DNA of 64,000 nucleotides from Desulfatiglandales bacterium (GCA_963662465.1 OY759599.1:7520001-7584000), one strand, 5' to 3'; numbered from the stretch's first letter, positions 51,598 through 61,900 are shown. Notes: a model not told the origin generated them from the letters alone. Translations and numbers: made by a program.

Positions 51598-52254
51598 CTA
51601 CTTTGAATCTCTTAGCAATGTCTCGGCTTTTTTCTGAGCGTTGCCAATGGCGCTTTCCACTCGGCGGCAGTACTCGGAGACTTTCGAAGCATCGGCGTTT
51701 TTTGGGAAGTAGAGGGGTTTGTCAACCCATACCACCTGGCGGGAAAAGGGGAGGGGAAGATAGGCTCGATTCCACGATTTTTTAAATACATATCGGCTTG
51801 ATCCCGCCACCCCTACCGGGAAGAGGGGAGCGCCTGATTTTTGAACCACCCGGACAATCCCCGGTTTGCAAACGCCGCGAGGACCCTGGGGGCCGTCCAC
51901 CGCCAGCACGACCGCGTGACCGTCTCTCACCGCCTTAATGAGTGCCAGGAGCCCGCCCACGGCGCCTCGGGAAGAGGATCCCCTTGTTACGCGATAGCCC
52001 AGGGCAGTGGTGGCTTTTGCCATGATTTCCCCATCTTTGGAATGACTCACCAGGATGGTGGGGCCGATGTGTCCGAAACGGGGGATGAGCGCCAGCTCAT
52101 CGCCATGCCAGTGAGCGATGCCGCAGGGACCCCTTGTGACTTGTTCTATCCCGACGGCCTTTGTGCGAACCAGCCCGGATACCCACTTTAATGTTTTTGC
52201 CGCCCATATGGGCCAGCGTTTGTGAAACCACTGTTTTACATAGGATTCATACAT
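51598..52254 (-). CDS. Lysophospholipid acyltransferase family protein (DUF374)
   Basis: WHG, S.SKDGE, RGSSSRG and AVDGP.GP. Confidence 0.85.
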   Translation of the reverse strand: MYESYVKQWFHKRWPIWAAKTLKWVSGLVRTKAVGIEQVTRGPCGIAHWHGDELALIPRFGHIGPTILVSHSKDGEIMAKATTALGYRVTRGSSSRGAVGGLLALIKAVRDGHAVVLAVDGPQGPRGVCKPGIVRVVQKSGAPLFPVGVAGSSRYVFKKSWNRAYLPLPFSRQVVWVDKPLYFPKNADASKVSEYCRRVESAIGNAQKKAETLLRDSK

Positions 52255-53362
52255 GGTTTATCGTTCCATTTTCGGTGAGTCCTTGATCCGCGGGAATCCA
52301 GTGCATTCCTTTTCGATTCAGCCCCACCGGGATTTTATGCCCCAGTTCCAGGTTTGTCGGCAGTTCGTCCATTTCTCGCCATGAGAGGGTGGTTATCAGT
52401 TGTTCTCCCTCAGTGTGTTTCAAGTGGATTTTCATATGCCCTTGGGCACGTTCAAGCCCGGTAATGGTCATGGGAAACATGGCCAGGTAGTTGCCGTTAT
52501 GGTTTTTGTTGGGAAAGAGTTGGATGGCCCAGTTGGGTATGATCAAACAAATTGCCTTTTCAGTTTCCTTAGGCGATGCTGAAAAAACGGGCGGATCACC
52601 GGGTCCCAGGCCCTGAAGGAAAAGCTGCTCGCCGGCGCCGAGTCTGGCGGGAATGAAATTCTCAATTCCCAGAAGTTCGGCAACAAATCGATCTTTGGGT
52701 TGCTTCAAAATTGCTTCGGGAGTGCCTTCTTGAATGATGGCGCCGTTTTTCATGACCATGATGCGGTCCGCCAGGAAGAAGGCTTCACTGAGATCATGGG
52801 TAATGTGGATAATGCTGACGCCCAGTTCCCTGTGGATGCGTTTCAACTCCCCGCGAAGCCGGTCCCGGGTCAGGCGATCCAGCGCACTGAGCGGTTCATC
52901 CAGGAGCAGCATGTGGGGGTCCAGTACCAGAGCCCTGGCCAGGGCGACTCGCTGACGTTCTCCCCCGGAGAGAAGTTTTGGCTTTCGCGTAAGGATGGTT
53001 TGGATGTCCAGAAATCGGGCCATTTTCGATACGGTCCCCGCAATTTCACGTGCGCCTTTTTTTTTCAGTTTCAGACCAAAGGCAATATTATCGAAGACTG
53101 TCAGATGGGGAAACAGTGCATACTCCTGATAGACGACCCCCAGGTGTCGTTTTTCAGCCGGCATATGGGTAACGTCCATCCCTTTTAGAAATATCCGTCC
53201 CGATTCGGGATGGTGCAGCCCGGCAATGGTTTCCAGCAAAACGGTTTTGCCCGTGCCCGTGGGCCCCACCAGCACCAGATATTCACCTTGGTCGACTCTC
53301 ATGGAGACGTCGAAAAGGGTGAAATTTCCCAATTGAAGCCTGACGCGTTCAAGCCTGAGCAA
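52247..53362 (-). CDS. wtpC: Tungstate/molybdate ABC transporter ATP-binding subunit
   Basis: GPTGTGKT, LSGGE.QR and LLLDEP. TTG start. Confidence 0.85.
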   Translation of the reverse strand: MLRLERVRLQLGNFTLFDVSMRVDQGEYLVLVGPTGTGKTVLLETIAGLHHPESGRIFLKGMDVTHMPAEKRHLGVVYQEYALFPHLTVFDNIAFGLKLKKKGAREIAGTVSKMARFLDIQTILTRKPKLLSGGERQRVALARALVLDPHMLLLDEPLSALDRLTRDRLRGELKRIHRELGVSIIHITHDLSEAFFLADRIMVMKNGAIIQEGTPEAILKQPKDRFVAELLGIENFIPARLGAGEQLFLQGLGPGDPPVFSASPKETEKAICLIIPNWAIQLFPNKNHNGNYLAMFPMTITGLERAQGHMKIHLKHTEGEQLITTLSWREMDELPTNLELGHKIPVGLNRKGMHWIPADQGLTENGTINHV

Positions 53363-54154
53363 CTAGGTCTCCTTTCGGGGTTCGGCCAGCCATCTGAGGA
53401 GCGCAAAGATCACCAGGCAGATGAGAATGAGCAGAACGGCCACGGGTTTGGCATATTTGAGCCCATAGGCCTGAAATCGTTCCCAGATCAGGATGGGGGC
53501 GGTCATGGGGTGATAGGCAATGATAATGACGGCGCCGAACTCGGAAATTCCCCGGGCCCACATCATGATGGCCCCCGAAAGGATGGGTCGCCAGGCCAGG
53601 GGAAGGCTAACCCTGAAAAATGCCTGACGGGGTGAAGCACCCAGGGTTCGCGCCACCCGCTCCAGCTTTGGGTCGACCCCCAAAAAGCCGTCCCGGGCGG
53701 CATTGACCAGAAATGGAATGCTTACATAGGCCATTGCCAGGCTGATGCCCGCCTCCGTGCCCACAAAACTCAGACCCATTGTGCCGAGGGTTTTCCCCAC
53801 AAAAGAGGCTCGTCCGAAGACCATGAGCAATGCAATGCCCGCGGCCGTATGGGGAATCATTACCGGCAGATCCACAAGTCCCTGCACCAGGCTTTTGCCG
53901 GGAAAATCAGTGCGGGCCAGGAGATAGGCCAGGGGAATCCCCAGTATCAGACAGGCGATGGTGGCCCACAGGGCCGACCGAAGGGTCAGAAAGATAGATG
54001 ACATTACCTCCCGTTCGGCCATGGTGGAAATAAGGGCCTCGGGGTCGGCGCTCGTAATCATTCGGAGCAGGGGAAACCCAATAAGAATGACCAGAAGGGC
54101 GCTCGCAGAAAATAAAACAGCTTTAAAAGGCCGCCTGCCGAGGAAGGGGTGCAT
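53363..54154 (-). CDS. wtpB: Tungstate/molybdate ABC transporter permease
   Basis: DLP..IPHT.AGIALL, EAA loop and WARGISEFGA. Confidence 0.88.
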   Translation of the reverse strand: MHPFLGRRPFKAVLFSASALLVILIGFPLLRMITSADPEALISTMAEREVMSSIFLTLRSALWATIACLILGIPLAYLLARTDFPGKSLVQGLVDLPVMIPHTAAGIALLMVFGRASFVGKTLGTMGLSFVGTEAGISLAMAYVSIPFLVNAARDGFLGVDPKLERVARTLGASPRQAFFRVSLPLAWRPILSGAIMMWARGISEFGAVIIIAYHPMTAPILIWERFQAYGLKYAKPVAVLLILICLVIFALLRWLAEPRKET

Positions 54155-54171
54155 GGGATGGATTCTCGAAT

Positions 54172-55152
54172 CTATCGGGACGCTGCCAGTTTTTGAAGCA
54201 ATGGCGGCAAGCGGTTCAGATCGCCCGAGGCTCGAGGCGGTGAAATGGGCGGCTGTCCATTTTCCCGCATGATTTTCTGACCTTCCGGGCCCACCACGAA
54301 GGCCACAAAGCGGATGGCCATATCTCGGTTGGGCGCATTTTTAGGAATCGTAATCCCATAAACCATTGGTTTACCGGTTTTTGTAATAAAATCACCCGGC
54401 TTTTTGCCGCTGATTTTGACGGAGGCCTGATTGTAAAATTTTTCGTAGCGAACGGATTTAAGGTTGATTTGATTCGGAAGGACCACGAAAGGCATTTTAT
54501 GTTGTTCGCAGACGGAGCGGTAGATGAAGAGATAATCGATTTCACCCACCTCCAACAAGGCGATGAGGTCGGTTTCCTTGGGTCGAATGTTCTTTTTTGG
54601 ACAACCCGCCACGAGTTGTGAGTATAGTCCCGGATCTTTATAGTATTTCTCCGCAAGCTGCCAGACCAGCAGGGTCCGATACCCGCAGGGATCGCTGTTC
54701 GGGTCCGAATGGCCATACTGGGTCCCTTTTTGAAGCAGGGTTTTGTACCAGTTTTGGCCATTGATGGCTTTGGCCCCGGGTGCGTCGGGCCGGTAGGCAA
54801 TGGCCATTTCATTGGTGGCAAAGGAGATATTCCAGTCCGCATGTTGGGGAATCAGGAGTTCGTCGATAACCGTAAAGTCCGCGGAGGCCATGACGTCGCA
54901 AGGGCGTTTCAGGTCCGTGATTTTTCGAGCGCAGGTGCGGGAACCCGCGGCCTCCAGGTCAATGTTCACCTGGGGATACTGTTGGCTAAAGGCTTTGGCC
55001 AGTGCTTTAAACGGAACGGCAAGGGAACCCGCATGAAACACCATCAGATTTTCTTTGGTTTCTGCATAAACTCCTTTAGCGGAAGGCGAAAAAAGCGTGG
55101 TCAGAAATCCCACGGCTGCGAGGCATAGTGACAAACGGAAAATTCTACGCAT
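54172..55152 (-). CDS. wtpA: Tungstate/molybdate ABC transporter substrate-binding protein
   Basis: FHAGSL, AGSR, ASAD, DPCGYR and RPKE (D/E oxyanion ligands of WtpA). Confidence 0.9.
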   Translation of the reverse strand: MRRIFRLSLCLAAVGFLTTLFSPSAKGVYAETKENLMVFHAGSLAVPFKALAKAFSQQYPQVNIDLEAAGSRTCARKITDLKRPCDVMASADFTVIDELLIPQHADWNISFATNEMAIAYRPDAPGAKAINGQNWYKTLLQKGTQYGHSDPNSDPCGYRTLLVWQLAEKYYKDPGLYSQLVAGCPKKNIRPKETDLIALLEVGEIDYLFIYRSVCEQHKMPFVVLPNQINLKSVRYEKFYNQASVKISGKKPGDFITKTGKPMVYGITIPKNAPNRDMAIRFVAFVVGPEGQKIMRENGQPPISPPRASGDLNRLPPLLQKLAASR

Positions 55153-55228
55153 GATGAAAACTCCCTATGTGAGTGTCTTATTTCCTGAAACCCTGTCATA
55201 AAAAACAAGAAATTCATTGGCGGAATAA

Positions 55229-55257
55229 CTTAAAACCTAAAACCTAAAACTTAAAAC
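55229..55257. repeat. Heptamer tandem repeat (C[T/C]TAAAA)x4
   Basis: Read directly. Confidence 0.9.
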
Positions 55258-55271
55258 CGCAGTTTCCCGCT

Positions 55272-56189
55272 TTAGGGTTCTTTGGGGAAAAGCATTTTTC
55301 CTGAAAAACGCAAATCATATCCTGACAGATCTTCACCCAGCTTTTTGAAGGACGGTTCGTTCAAAAAGCTCAGGAATTGTTGCACGCCTTTTTCGAAAAA
55401 ACGTTCCTTGAGGATCAACAGATCAAAACTCTCCCATTTTATGGGAACAAAATCCAGACCCAGGAGTTGGGCTACAGGCCGGATACAGGGGCCGGTTTGT
55501 GCCCGACCGGAAAGAATTTCCAATCCCAGGTCGAGGTGCCGGGATACTTCCCGGTCATAACCCTCAATTTTATTCCCTTCAATCCCGGCCTTGGCCAGTT
55601 CTTCGTCCAGAAGCAGACGGGTTCCGGTGCCCAAAGGGCGGTTGATAATTTTGAGGCCGGCCTGATTGAGGTCTGCTACGCATGCAATACCCCTGGGGTT
55701 GCCTTTTTCAACCAGGAGGCCCTGTTCCCGGCGACAAAAATTGATAATGCCGGGCATCTGAGCCAGTTCGTCCCTGGCAAATCCAAAATTGTATTCCTGC
55801 CCGTCTTTCTGGATCAGGTGGCTTGAAGCCATATGGCAATGATTCCGTCTGAGGGCTCGAATACCCCCAAGGCTTCCCATGTTCCCGAATGCGACCAATT
55901 CTTCCGGGTGGCGCTGGTTGATCAGCGAGATGGTTCTGTCCAGAAGAATATCGTTGCTGCCGGCAATAATGAGCAGGCCGTCGTAGGGCGGCAGCGGATC
56001 CAGCTGTTTGGGGAAATTGATGGTCTGCGCTTCCAGCCATTGCTCTACCAGATGGCGGGGAAAGAGCCATTTGCCCGTGGCTTTGGTGGCGGGGAGACCC
56101 TTTTCGGAAATCAGCGTATAAACCATTTTTTCGTTGATATTTAAAAATTGCGCCAGTTCACGGGTGTTCAGCAGTGGTTTCTCCTCCAT
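55272..56189 (-). CDS. HTH_17 plus PBP-like (molybdate/tungstate-binding) transcriptional regulator, TaoR-like
   Basis: L.T.ELA.FL.INEK.VY.L, GKWLF, GSND, GS.GG, REQGL and NR..G.GTR. Confidence 0.82.
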   Translation of the reverse strand: MEEKPLLNTRELAQFLNINEKMVYTLISEKGLPATKATGKWLFPRHLVEQWLEAQTINFPKQLDPLPPYDGLLIIAGSNDILLDRTISLINQRHPEELVAFGNMGSLGGIRALRRNHCHMASSHLIQKDGQEYNFGFARDELAQMPGIINFCRREQGLLVEKGNPRGIACVADLNQAGLKIINRPLGTGTRLLLDEELAKAGIEGNKIEGYDREVSRHLDLGLEILSGRAQTGPCIRPVAQLLGLDFVPIKWESFDLLILKERFFEKGVQQFLSFLNEPSFKKLGEDLSGYDLRFSGKMLFPKEP

Positions 56190-56445
56190 GGCGTTTTACC
56201 CTCCCTCTTTGCAGCGACAAGAACATACCCGCTTTTATAAATCAATAACGGTCATGGGTCAAGAAAAGTTCCAAAAGGGTGTTTATGGTTAATTTTGATG
56301 CTTTATGGTGTGTATATGATTTGATGTATAAAATGCTTGACAAGAAATGACTCAAAAAGGTAGGAAGTCCTGATCTTTTCACCGCCCAACGAAATCAGTA
56401 TCCGGTAGGGGCAAGCGCTGAGTCCGCAAGACTGATAATAAAATA

Positions 56446-57189
56446 ATGAACTCTATTTCAACAGGATATGTAACTGTTTTTTTCCTCTACGCTCTGACGC
56501 TCTTCACTTGTCTCATGAGATGGAACAGCATTTCCTGTTTACTGTCCCTTATGGCCCTGGTCATAAATGGATTGATTCTGGTGGGGATCTCAATGGTGTC
56601 CGGTCAGCCGCCTGTTTTTGAAATGTTTGGCGGTTTGCTGTTTGTGACATTTGTCCTCGGTCTCCTCGGCGTCTTCTGTTGCCGGGTCGAAGAAGGAAGA
56701 TGGAACGTTAAGGCCTGGGTCTGGATTGAGGTCCTCCTGCTTTTCGGCATTACCCTGTTTTTTTCAAGAGAGCCTCCCCCCCACCGATACCATCACACCT
56801 ATCCCTGGGTGGTTCTGTTTCACGGGTTTAGGTGCCTTGCACTCTCATTCGCACTCTTTTCATCTGCTCATTTCATCCGGTTTAGAAGCGAACCGGTGCG
56901 CAAGAGGGTCAATAACCCGCTGTTGGCGCAAGGCCGGAATTTTCTGCTGCTCAGCGCGGTTTCCTTTCTCTGTGGCGAATACTCGGGGATTATCTGGTGT
57001 CAGAATGGATGGGGTGATTTCTGGCACTGGAGTCCCGCGTTCTTTCAATCGACATTGATCATCCTTTGTTTGATGGTTGCGTTTCATATCCCCGGCAAGA
57101 ATTCCCGGTCGGACGACCTTCGATCGGTTGTTGCGGTTATGACCCCCTTTCTGATGCTTGCTATAAAGGTTGTCAAGGGCTTGTCATGA
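56446..57189 (+). CDS. Cytochrome c assembly protein, CcsA/ResC-like
   Basis: Multi-TM protein with WWD-like motif GIIWCQNGWGDFWHWSP and flanking His residues (LFHG, AFH). Confidence 0.75.
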   Translation: MNSISTGYVTVFFLYALTLFTCLMRWNSISCLLSLMALVINGLILVGISMVSGQPPVFEMFGGLLFVTFVLGLLGVFCCRVEEGRWNVKAWVWIEVLLLFGITLFFSREPPPHRYHHTYPWVVLFHGFRCLALSFALFSSAHFIRFRSEPVRKRVNNPLLAQGRNFLLLSAVSFLCGEYSGIIWCQNGWGDFWHWSPAFFQSTLIILCLMVAFHIPGKNSRSDDLRSVVAVMTPFLMLAIKVVKGLS

Positions 57190-58037
57190 GAAAATTCTTT
57201 GACCAACTCTCCTCCATGCAGTTTACGATCGTGATATTGAGTGTCCTTATGCTGTGGTTTGCCTGGGGAATTCTTCTGGCTGAGTCGGATGCTTTCCGTC
57301 AGGGATTCAATGTCATGGACCGTTTCCTGGTCCCTGAATGGTTTTCCGTAGCTGGCAGGCTGCCTTTTTTGCTGAAGTTTTGGTTTGTCGGGCTCTGTTT
57401 GATAATGGGCATTCTCGGGATCAATCTGGTTTTCTGTTCTTGGACCAAGATCCTGAAAATGATGCGAAACAAACAGGCCGCTTCTCGATTTGTTATGCTG
57501 ATCATTCATATTGTGTTCGGCCTTGTGGCCTTAGGTCACTTCGGGAGTTTCTTGCTGGGCTATCGGTACGAAAATGTAAAACTGCGGGTGAATCAGTCTT
57601 TTACGCTTCCCCAGGGGCATGTTGTAACCGTCAAGGACGTTCATTTTGGAGATGATATGAAACTTCTTTACCAGCGACCCAGGGAACGTACCCCCGGGGC
57701 CTTTCATCCGGAAGTGAATTTTTGCGAGGTGTCGCTTGCCCAAAATGGAAGTATTGTGGCCGGAGGAAAGGCCTATTTCCTGAGGCCGTTTATCTGGAAA
57801 GACATTCAGGTAACCCTGAAACGCTTTACCCCGCCCAAAGGCAGGGTAAACCGGGATCACGGCGTTCAAAAACCAGGGGTCAGGCTGATCATCAGCAGCA
57901 ACCCCGTCAAGCCTTTTGTGTTTGTCCTGTTCCCGGTCATGATTGCCGGAATAGGTCTTTATATGGTGATGACGTGGCGGACACGCCCATCCCAAAAATC
58001 AAATTCAATGGTGAAACAGGAGGAAAATGAAAAATGA
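57186..58037 (+). CDS. CcsB/ResB-like membrane protein
   Basis: LSSM.F.I..L, NL..CS, His in TM3 (IIHI...LGH), a periplasmic domain and a C-terminal TM. Confidence 0.65.
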   Translation: MRKFFDQLSSMQFTIVILSVLMLWFAWGILLAESDAFRQGFNVMDRFLVPEWFSVAGRLPFLLKFWFVGLCLIMGILGINLVFCSWTKILKMMRNKQAASRFVMLIIHIVFGLVALGHFGSFLLGYRYENVKLRVNQSFTLPQGHVVTVKDVHFGDDMKLLYQRPRERTPGAFHPEVNFCEVSLAQNGSIVAGGKAYFLRPFIWKDIQVTLKRFTPPKGRVNRDHGVQKPGVRLIISSNPVKPFVFVLFPVMIAGIGLYMVMTWRTRPSQKSNSMVKQEENEK

Positions 58038-60025
58038 GATTGAAAAGCAGTCTATTGTTGTGGATGGCTATGTCCTTTATGATGAGCGTCCCGGCCCTGG
58101 CCCAGGAAGATAATGCGAGTCCCATTCCGGAAGTGGGAGCGGTGTTTACCCTCGGCGAGGTGGTGGTGACCGGGGAAAAGGATGCGGTGTCGCAAATCGC
58201 TACAACCGATATCATCAGTGAGGAACGGATCGATCTGACCACGTCGGAGAACGTTGCTGAAGCCCTCGACACACTGCCCGGCGTTTTTTTATCCGTGGGG
58301 ACCAAAAACGAGCAGAATTATACGGTCAGGGGATTTGATCAGCGGTATGTCCCGATATTTTTCGATGGGATCCCTATTTATGTTCCCAATGACGGCTATG
58401 TGGATGCGGGTAAACTGCCCACGTCCAATATTTCGGAGATCAAACTGACCAAGGGAAACAGCTCGGTGCTGTACGGCCCCAACGCCATGGGTGGTGTCAT
58501 CAATATTCTGTCCAAAAAGCCTGAAAAGAAAATAGAAGTCGATTTCAACATGGGGATGCGTCAGTCCAATGCTGTGAATACCAACCTTTATTTGGGTTCA
58601 CGGATGGACCGGTTTTATGTGGCTTTGAACGCGGGGTTTCTCGATTCAGAGGGATACCGGGTGTCCAATGATCTGACCCCCGGACCGAATCAGGGGCATG
58701 GCACCCGGAACAATTCCGATATTCTACAGAAAAATGTCGCGTTCAAAGCAGGGTTTACACCTGTAGCCGGGCATGAATACGCACTTGGCATCAACCACAT
58801 TAACAGTGAATGGGGGCTGCCACCAGATGCCTACGCTACTTCGCGGCCCGAACTTAAATGGTGGCGATTTACCGAGTGGGAGAAGGATACCTATTATTTT
58901 ATCGGTGATTCCAAAATAACGGACAACCTCAGCACCAAGATACGGATTTACCATGATACATACTATAACGTCCTCGATTCCTATGACGATAATACCTATT
59001 CGACACAGACGAAAAAATACGCTTTTCACAGCACCTACGATGATTTCAGCAACGGTGGTTCATTAACCGTTCGGGGAACTTATATTCCACAAAACATCAC
59101 GAGCTTTTCCTTCCATTATAAGGATGACGTTCACCGGGAGCAGGATGACAGGGGAGAGACCTGGGAGCGTTATGAAACAGAACTCTTTTCATTCGGACTC
59201 GAAGATGATTTTGAGATTATCGAGAACCTTTCCCTGGTGGTGGGGGCCGGCTATGACATTCAGAAACCCAAATATGCCAATGGTGAATCGCTCCGCGATG
59301 ACGATAACACCTTCAACCCCCAGGCCGGTATTCACTGGACTTGTTTGAAGGATCTGGGACTTCATTTTTCGGTGGGGAAAAAGACGCGATTCCCGACGTT
59401 GTTGGAACTCTATTCCGGGCTTCTCGGCAAAAATGAGCCCAATCCCAATCTCAACTCGGAAGAGGCTATTAATTATGAAATCGGTGCTGAAAAACCCCTG
59501 CCCGGAAGAAATTTCGTGGGCCTTAGCCTGTTCTATTCCGATGTCAAGAACTTGATTGTGAATAAAGAGATTGAAGGCGGCATCAACCAATATCAAAATG
59601 TTGGAAAGGCTGATTTGAAAGGGATTGAGCTCAGCTTCAAGTCTGGATTTTTCAGTAGAAACATGTTTGAGCTAAGTTATACATATCTAAACTCAAAAGA
59701 CTGCTCCCCGAACAGGACCAGCGACCATTTAGAGGAGCGTCCGGAGAACAAGCTCTATATCAGCGATTTGTACAACCTGACCGACTGGCTCTCCCTATTC
59801 GGCAAGTTGGAATACTATTCCAAACAGTGGTATGAGGACCCTGACACGGGATGGCAGGAATTAGATGGTTTTGTAACCTTTGATTTCAAGGTTATCGGCT
59901 CCTTCTCTGAGGTCTTTACCCTTGAGGCCGGGGTCAAAAACATGTTTGATAAAAACTATTTTCTTTCTTCCGGGTATCCGAGAGAAGGCCGGACGTTTTT
60001 CGGGATGCTCAGGGCAACCTTTTAA
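58034..60025 (+). CDS. TonB-dependent receptor
   Basis: Signal peptide, EVVVTG TonB-box-like motif, plug (LPGV, VRGF, G..S.LYG.NA.GGVIN), NMFDKNY...GR and terminal Phe. Confidence 0.95.
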   Translation: MRLKSSLLLWMAMSFMMSVPALAQEDNASPIPEVGAVFTLGEVVVTGEKDAVSQIATTDIISEERIDLTTSENVAEALDTLPGVFLSVGTKNEQNYTVRGFDQRYVPIFFDGIPIYVPNDGYVDAGKLPTSNISEIKLTKGNSSVLYGPNAMGGVINILSKKPEKKIEVDFNMGMRQSNAVNTNLYLGSRMDRFYVALNAGFLDSEGYRVSNDLTPGPNQGHGTRNNSDILQKNVAFKAGFTPVAGHEYALGINHINSEWGLPPDAYATSRPELKWWRFTEWEKDTYYFIGDSKITDNLSTKIRIYHDTYYNVLDSYDDNTYSTQTKKYAFHSTYDDFSNGGSLTVRGTYIPQNITSFSFHYKDDVHREQDDRGETWERYETELFSFGLEDDFEIIENLSLVVGAGYDIQKPKYANGESLRDDDNTFNPQAGIHWTCLKDLGLHFSVGKKTRFPTLLELYSGLLGKNEPNPNLNSEEAINYEIGAEKPLPGRNFVGLSLFYSDVKNLIVNKEIEGGINQYQNVGKADLKGIELSFKSGFFSRNMFELSYTYLNSKDCSPNRTSDHLEERPENKLYISDLYNLTDWLSLFGKLEYYSKQWYEDPDTGWQELDGFVTFDFKVIGSFSEVFTLEAGVKNMFDKNYFLSSGYPREGRTFFGMLRATF

Positions 60026-60036
60026 GGGGACTTATC

Positions 60037-61797
60037 ATGAAAAAGAGCTGTATGTGGCTGATTATGGCCGCTGTTTTATTTGTTTTTGGCCCGGCATGGG
60101 CCGGTTCATCTCCAGGCCTCAGCATCACCGGTCTTGTGAAACAGCCTGTGAATCTGTCTTTGGCTGACATTAAACAATATCAATCGATTGAGGTTCAGTT
60201 GAATGAAGTGCTTGAGGACGGCGGTTATCGAGGTGTTTTTGTTTTCCGGGGCATCCCTCTGAAGGCGCTTCTGGAAACCGCTTTTATTCAAAAGGAAGAA
60301 ACGGATTTTAAAAAGCATGTGGACCTTGCCATCGTGGTCAAAAACAAAGAGGGGAAACAGGCTGTCTTGTCTTGGGGCGAGGTGTTTTACAAAAATCCGA
60401 GGATCATCGTGGCGTTTTCCGGGCGGCCCATCATGCCCCACAAGGATTGCAATCGGTGTCATAGCCCGGAAGTATACAAGCCCCGTTTGGACCAGCTATC
60501 CCGTCAAATCGGTTACCCCAAACTCGTGGTTTCAGGCGATGCATACGCGGATCGTTCATTGGATGATATTACGAGCATTCAGGTGGTAGATTTGAAACCG
60601 GAGATGCCGACTGAAAAGTTGGAAATGCTATTTTCTCCGGAATTCGTGGTTGCGGGGGCTGTAAAAAAACCGATGACCGTCACGGATTTTTCAGCTTATC
60701 CGAGAAGGTCCGTCAAGGCAAGGCATCTGGGAGAGGGAAAGGGATATCATGGCATTGATCTGATGGAAGGCGCCTCGCTTAGGTCGGTGCTGAACAAGGC
60801 CGGTATAACGCCTGATGTGAACACCGTGTTTTTGCTGTCGGCCCCTGATGGGTATCGTTGCTTGTTTTCTTATGGTGAAGTATTTCTTGACCCTGCCGGA
60901 GAACGGATGCTTCTGGCGGATCGGATGAATGGTCAACCGATTAAGAAGAATGGAAAATTCTTCTTTGTGCCGCCCGATGATCTGATGGCGGATCGGGATG
61001 TCAAGGCGGTTCAAAAGATTGAAGTTATTTCGGTCAAACAGGACCCGAAGATTTATGTTATCGGTGTGGGATGCGGGGATACGGATCTCATTACCCTGGA
61101 TGCCATTTCCCATATGGCCGGCGCCGACGTTTTTGTATGTCCCCCGGATATCAAAAAACAATTTTCCAAGTATATGGGGAACAAACCGGTGTTGTTGAAC
61201 CTTTACGATTTTGTTCCACCGGTGTTGAGAAAGAAGCATCCGGGCCTTTCTTCCGAAGACCTGGAAACCCTGTTGAAAAAAGAGCAGGCCGGCGCCGCCA
61301 AGGTCATTGGACAGGCTTTAGATGAAGGCAAAACCGTCGCCATTCTGGAATACGGAGATCCCAGCATCTGGAGTGGGTGGCGATGGGCATGGGATTCCTT
61401 CCCCACCGGGACCATCGAGATCATTCCGGGGCTCAGCTCTTTTAATGCGGCAAATGCGCTTATCGGCGAAGACCTTGCGTGCAACGGCGCCATTGTCGTT
61501 GCCACGCCAAGAGGCCTCAGGGAAGATCCCGCCATGGTTAAGGCCATTGCGGAGAAGGGCGAAACCTTATGCATCTTCATGGGCTTGAAAGATGTGGGGG
61601 CGTTGGTCTCTTTCCTTAAACAATGGTATCCGGGAACCATACCCGCCTGCATTGTTTACAAGGCAGGGTATTCCGCCGGCGAAGCAATGGCGAGGACAAC
61701 GCTGGATGGCCTTGCAGACGCCGCAAGCAGTGCCGAAGAAAAATTCCTGGGGTTGATTTATGTGGGTCCGTGTTTGGCCAAAAAGGCCGGAAACTGA
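60037..61797 (+). CDS. Secreted protein with two molybdopterin-binding-oxidoreductase-like repeats, a CxxCH motif and a C-terminal SAM-dependent tetrapyrrole methylase domain
   Basis: Signal peptide; repeats G.PL..LL...G....SWGEV and G.SL.SVL...DGY...FSYGEV; DCNRCH; IGVG.GD.DLIT, GDPSI, IPGLSS and IFM. Confidence 0.75.
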   Translation: MKKSCMWLIMAAVLFVFGPAWAGSSPGLSITGLVKQPVNLSLADIKQYQSIEVQLNEVLEDGGYRGVFVFRGIPLKALLETAFIQKEETDFKKHVDLAIVVKNKEGKQAVLSWGEVFYKNPRIIVAFSGRPIMPHKDCNRCHSPEVYKPRLDQLSRQIGYPKLVVSGDAYADRSLDDITSIQVVDLKPEMPTEKLEMLFSPEFVVAGAVKKPMTVTDFSAYPRRSVKARHLGEGKGYHGIDLMEGASLRSVLNKAGITPDVNTVFLLSAPDGYRCLFSYGEVFLDPAGERMLLADRMNGQPIKKNGKFFFVPPDDLMADRDVKAVQKIEVISVKQDPKIYVIGVGCGDTDLITLDAISHMAGADVFVCPPDIKKQFSKYMGNKPVLLNLYDFVPPVLRKKHPGLSSEDLETLLKKEQAGAAKVIGQALDEGKTVAILEYGDPSIWSGWRWAWDSFPTGTIEIIPGLSSFNAANALIGEDLACNGAIVVATPRGLREDPAMVKAIAEKGETLCIFMGLKDVGALVSFLKQWYPGTIPACIVYKAGYSAGEAMARTTLDGLADAASSAEEKFLGLIYVGPCLAKKAGN

Positions 61798-61867
61798 GGT
61801 CGAGTTTAACATCCGTCTCTGATAAGGTGACGGTGTGGTAAACCGAATATTCAGCTGTTAACATAAG

Positions 61868-61900
61868 GAGGCAGGATCGAAGATGGTTCTGCCTTTTTTT
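61868..61900 (+). terminator. Intrinsic terminator
   Basis: AGGCAGGA...TTCTGCCT followed by a T tract. Confidence 0.7.

Noticed and set aside
56370..56445. TPP, cobalamin, Moco or ykkC riboswitch
   Set aside because: Only fragments (TAGGGG...CTGAG) resemble known motifs, and the core conserved elements are absent.
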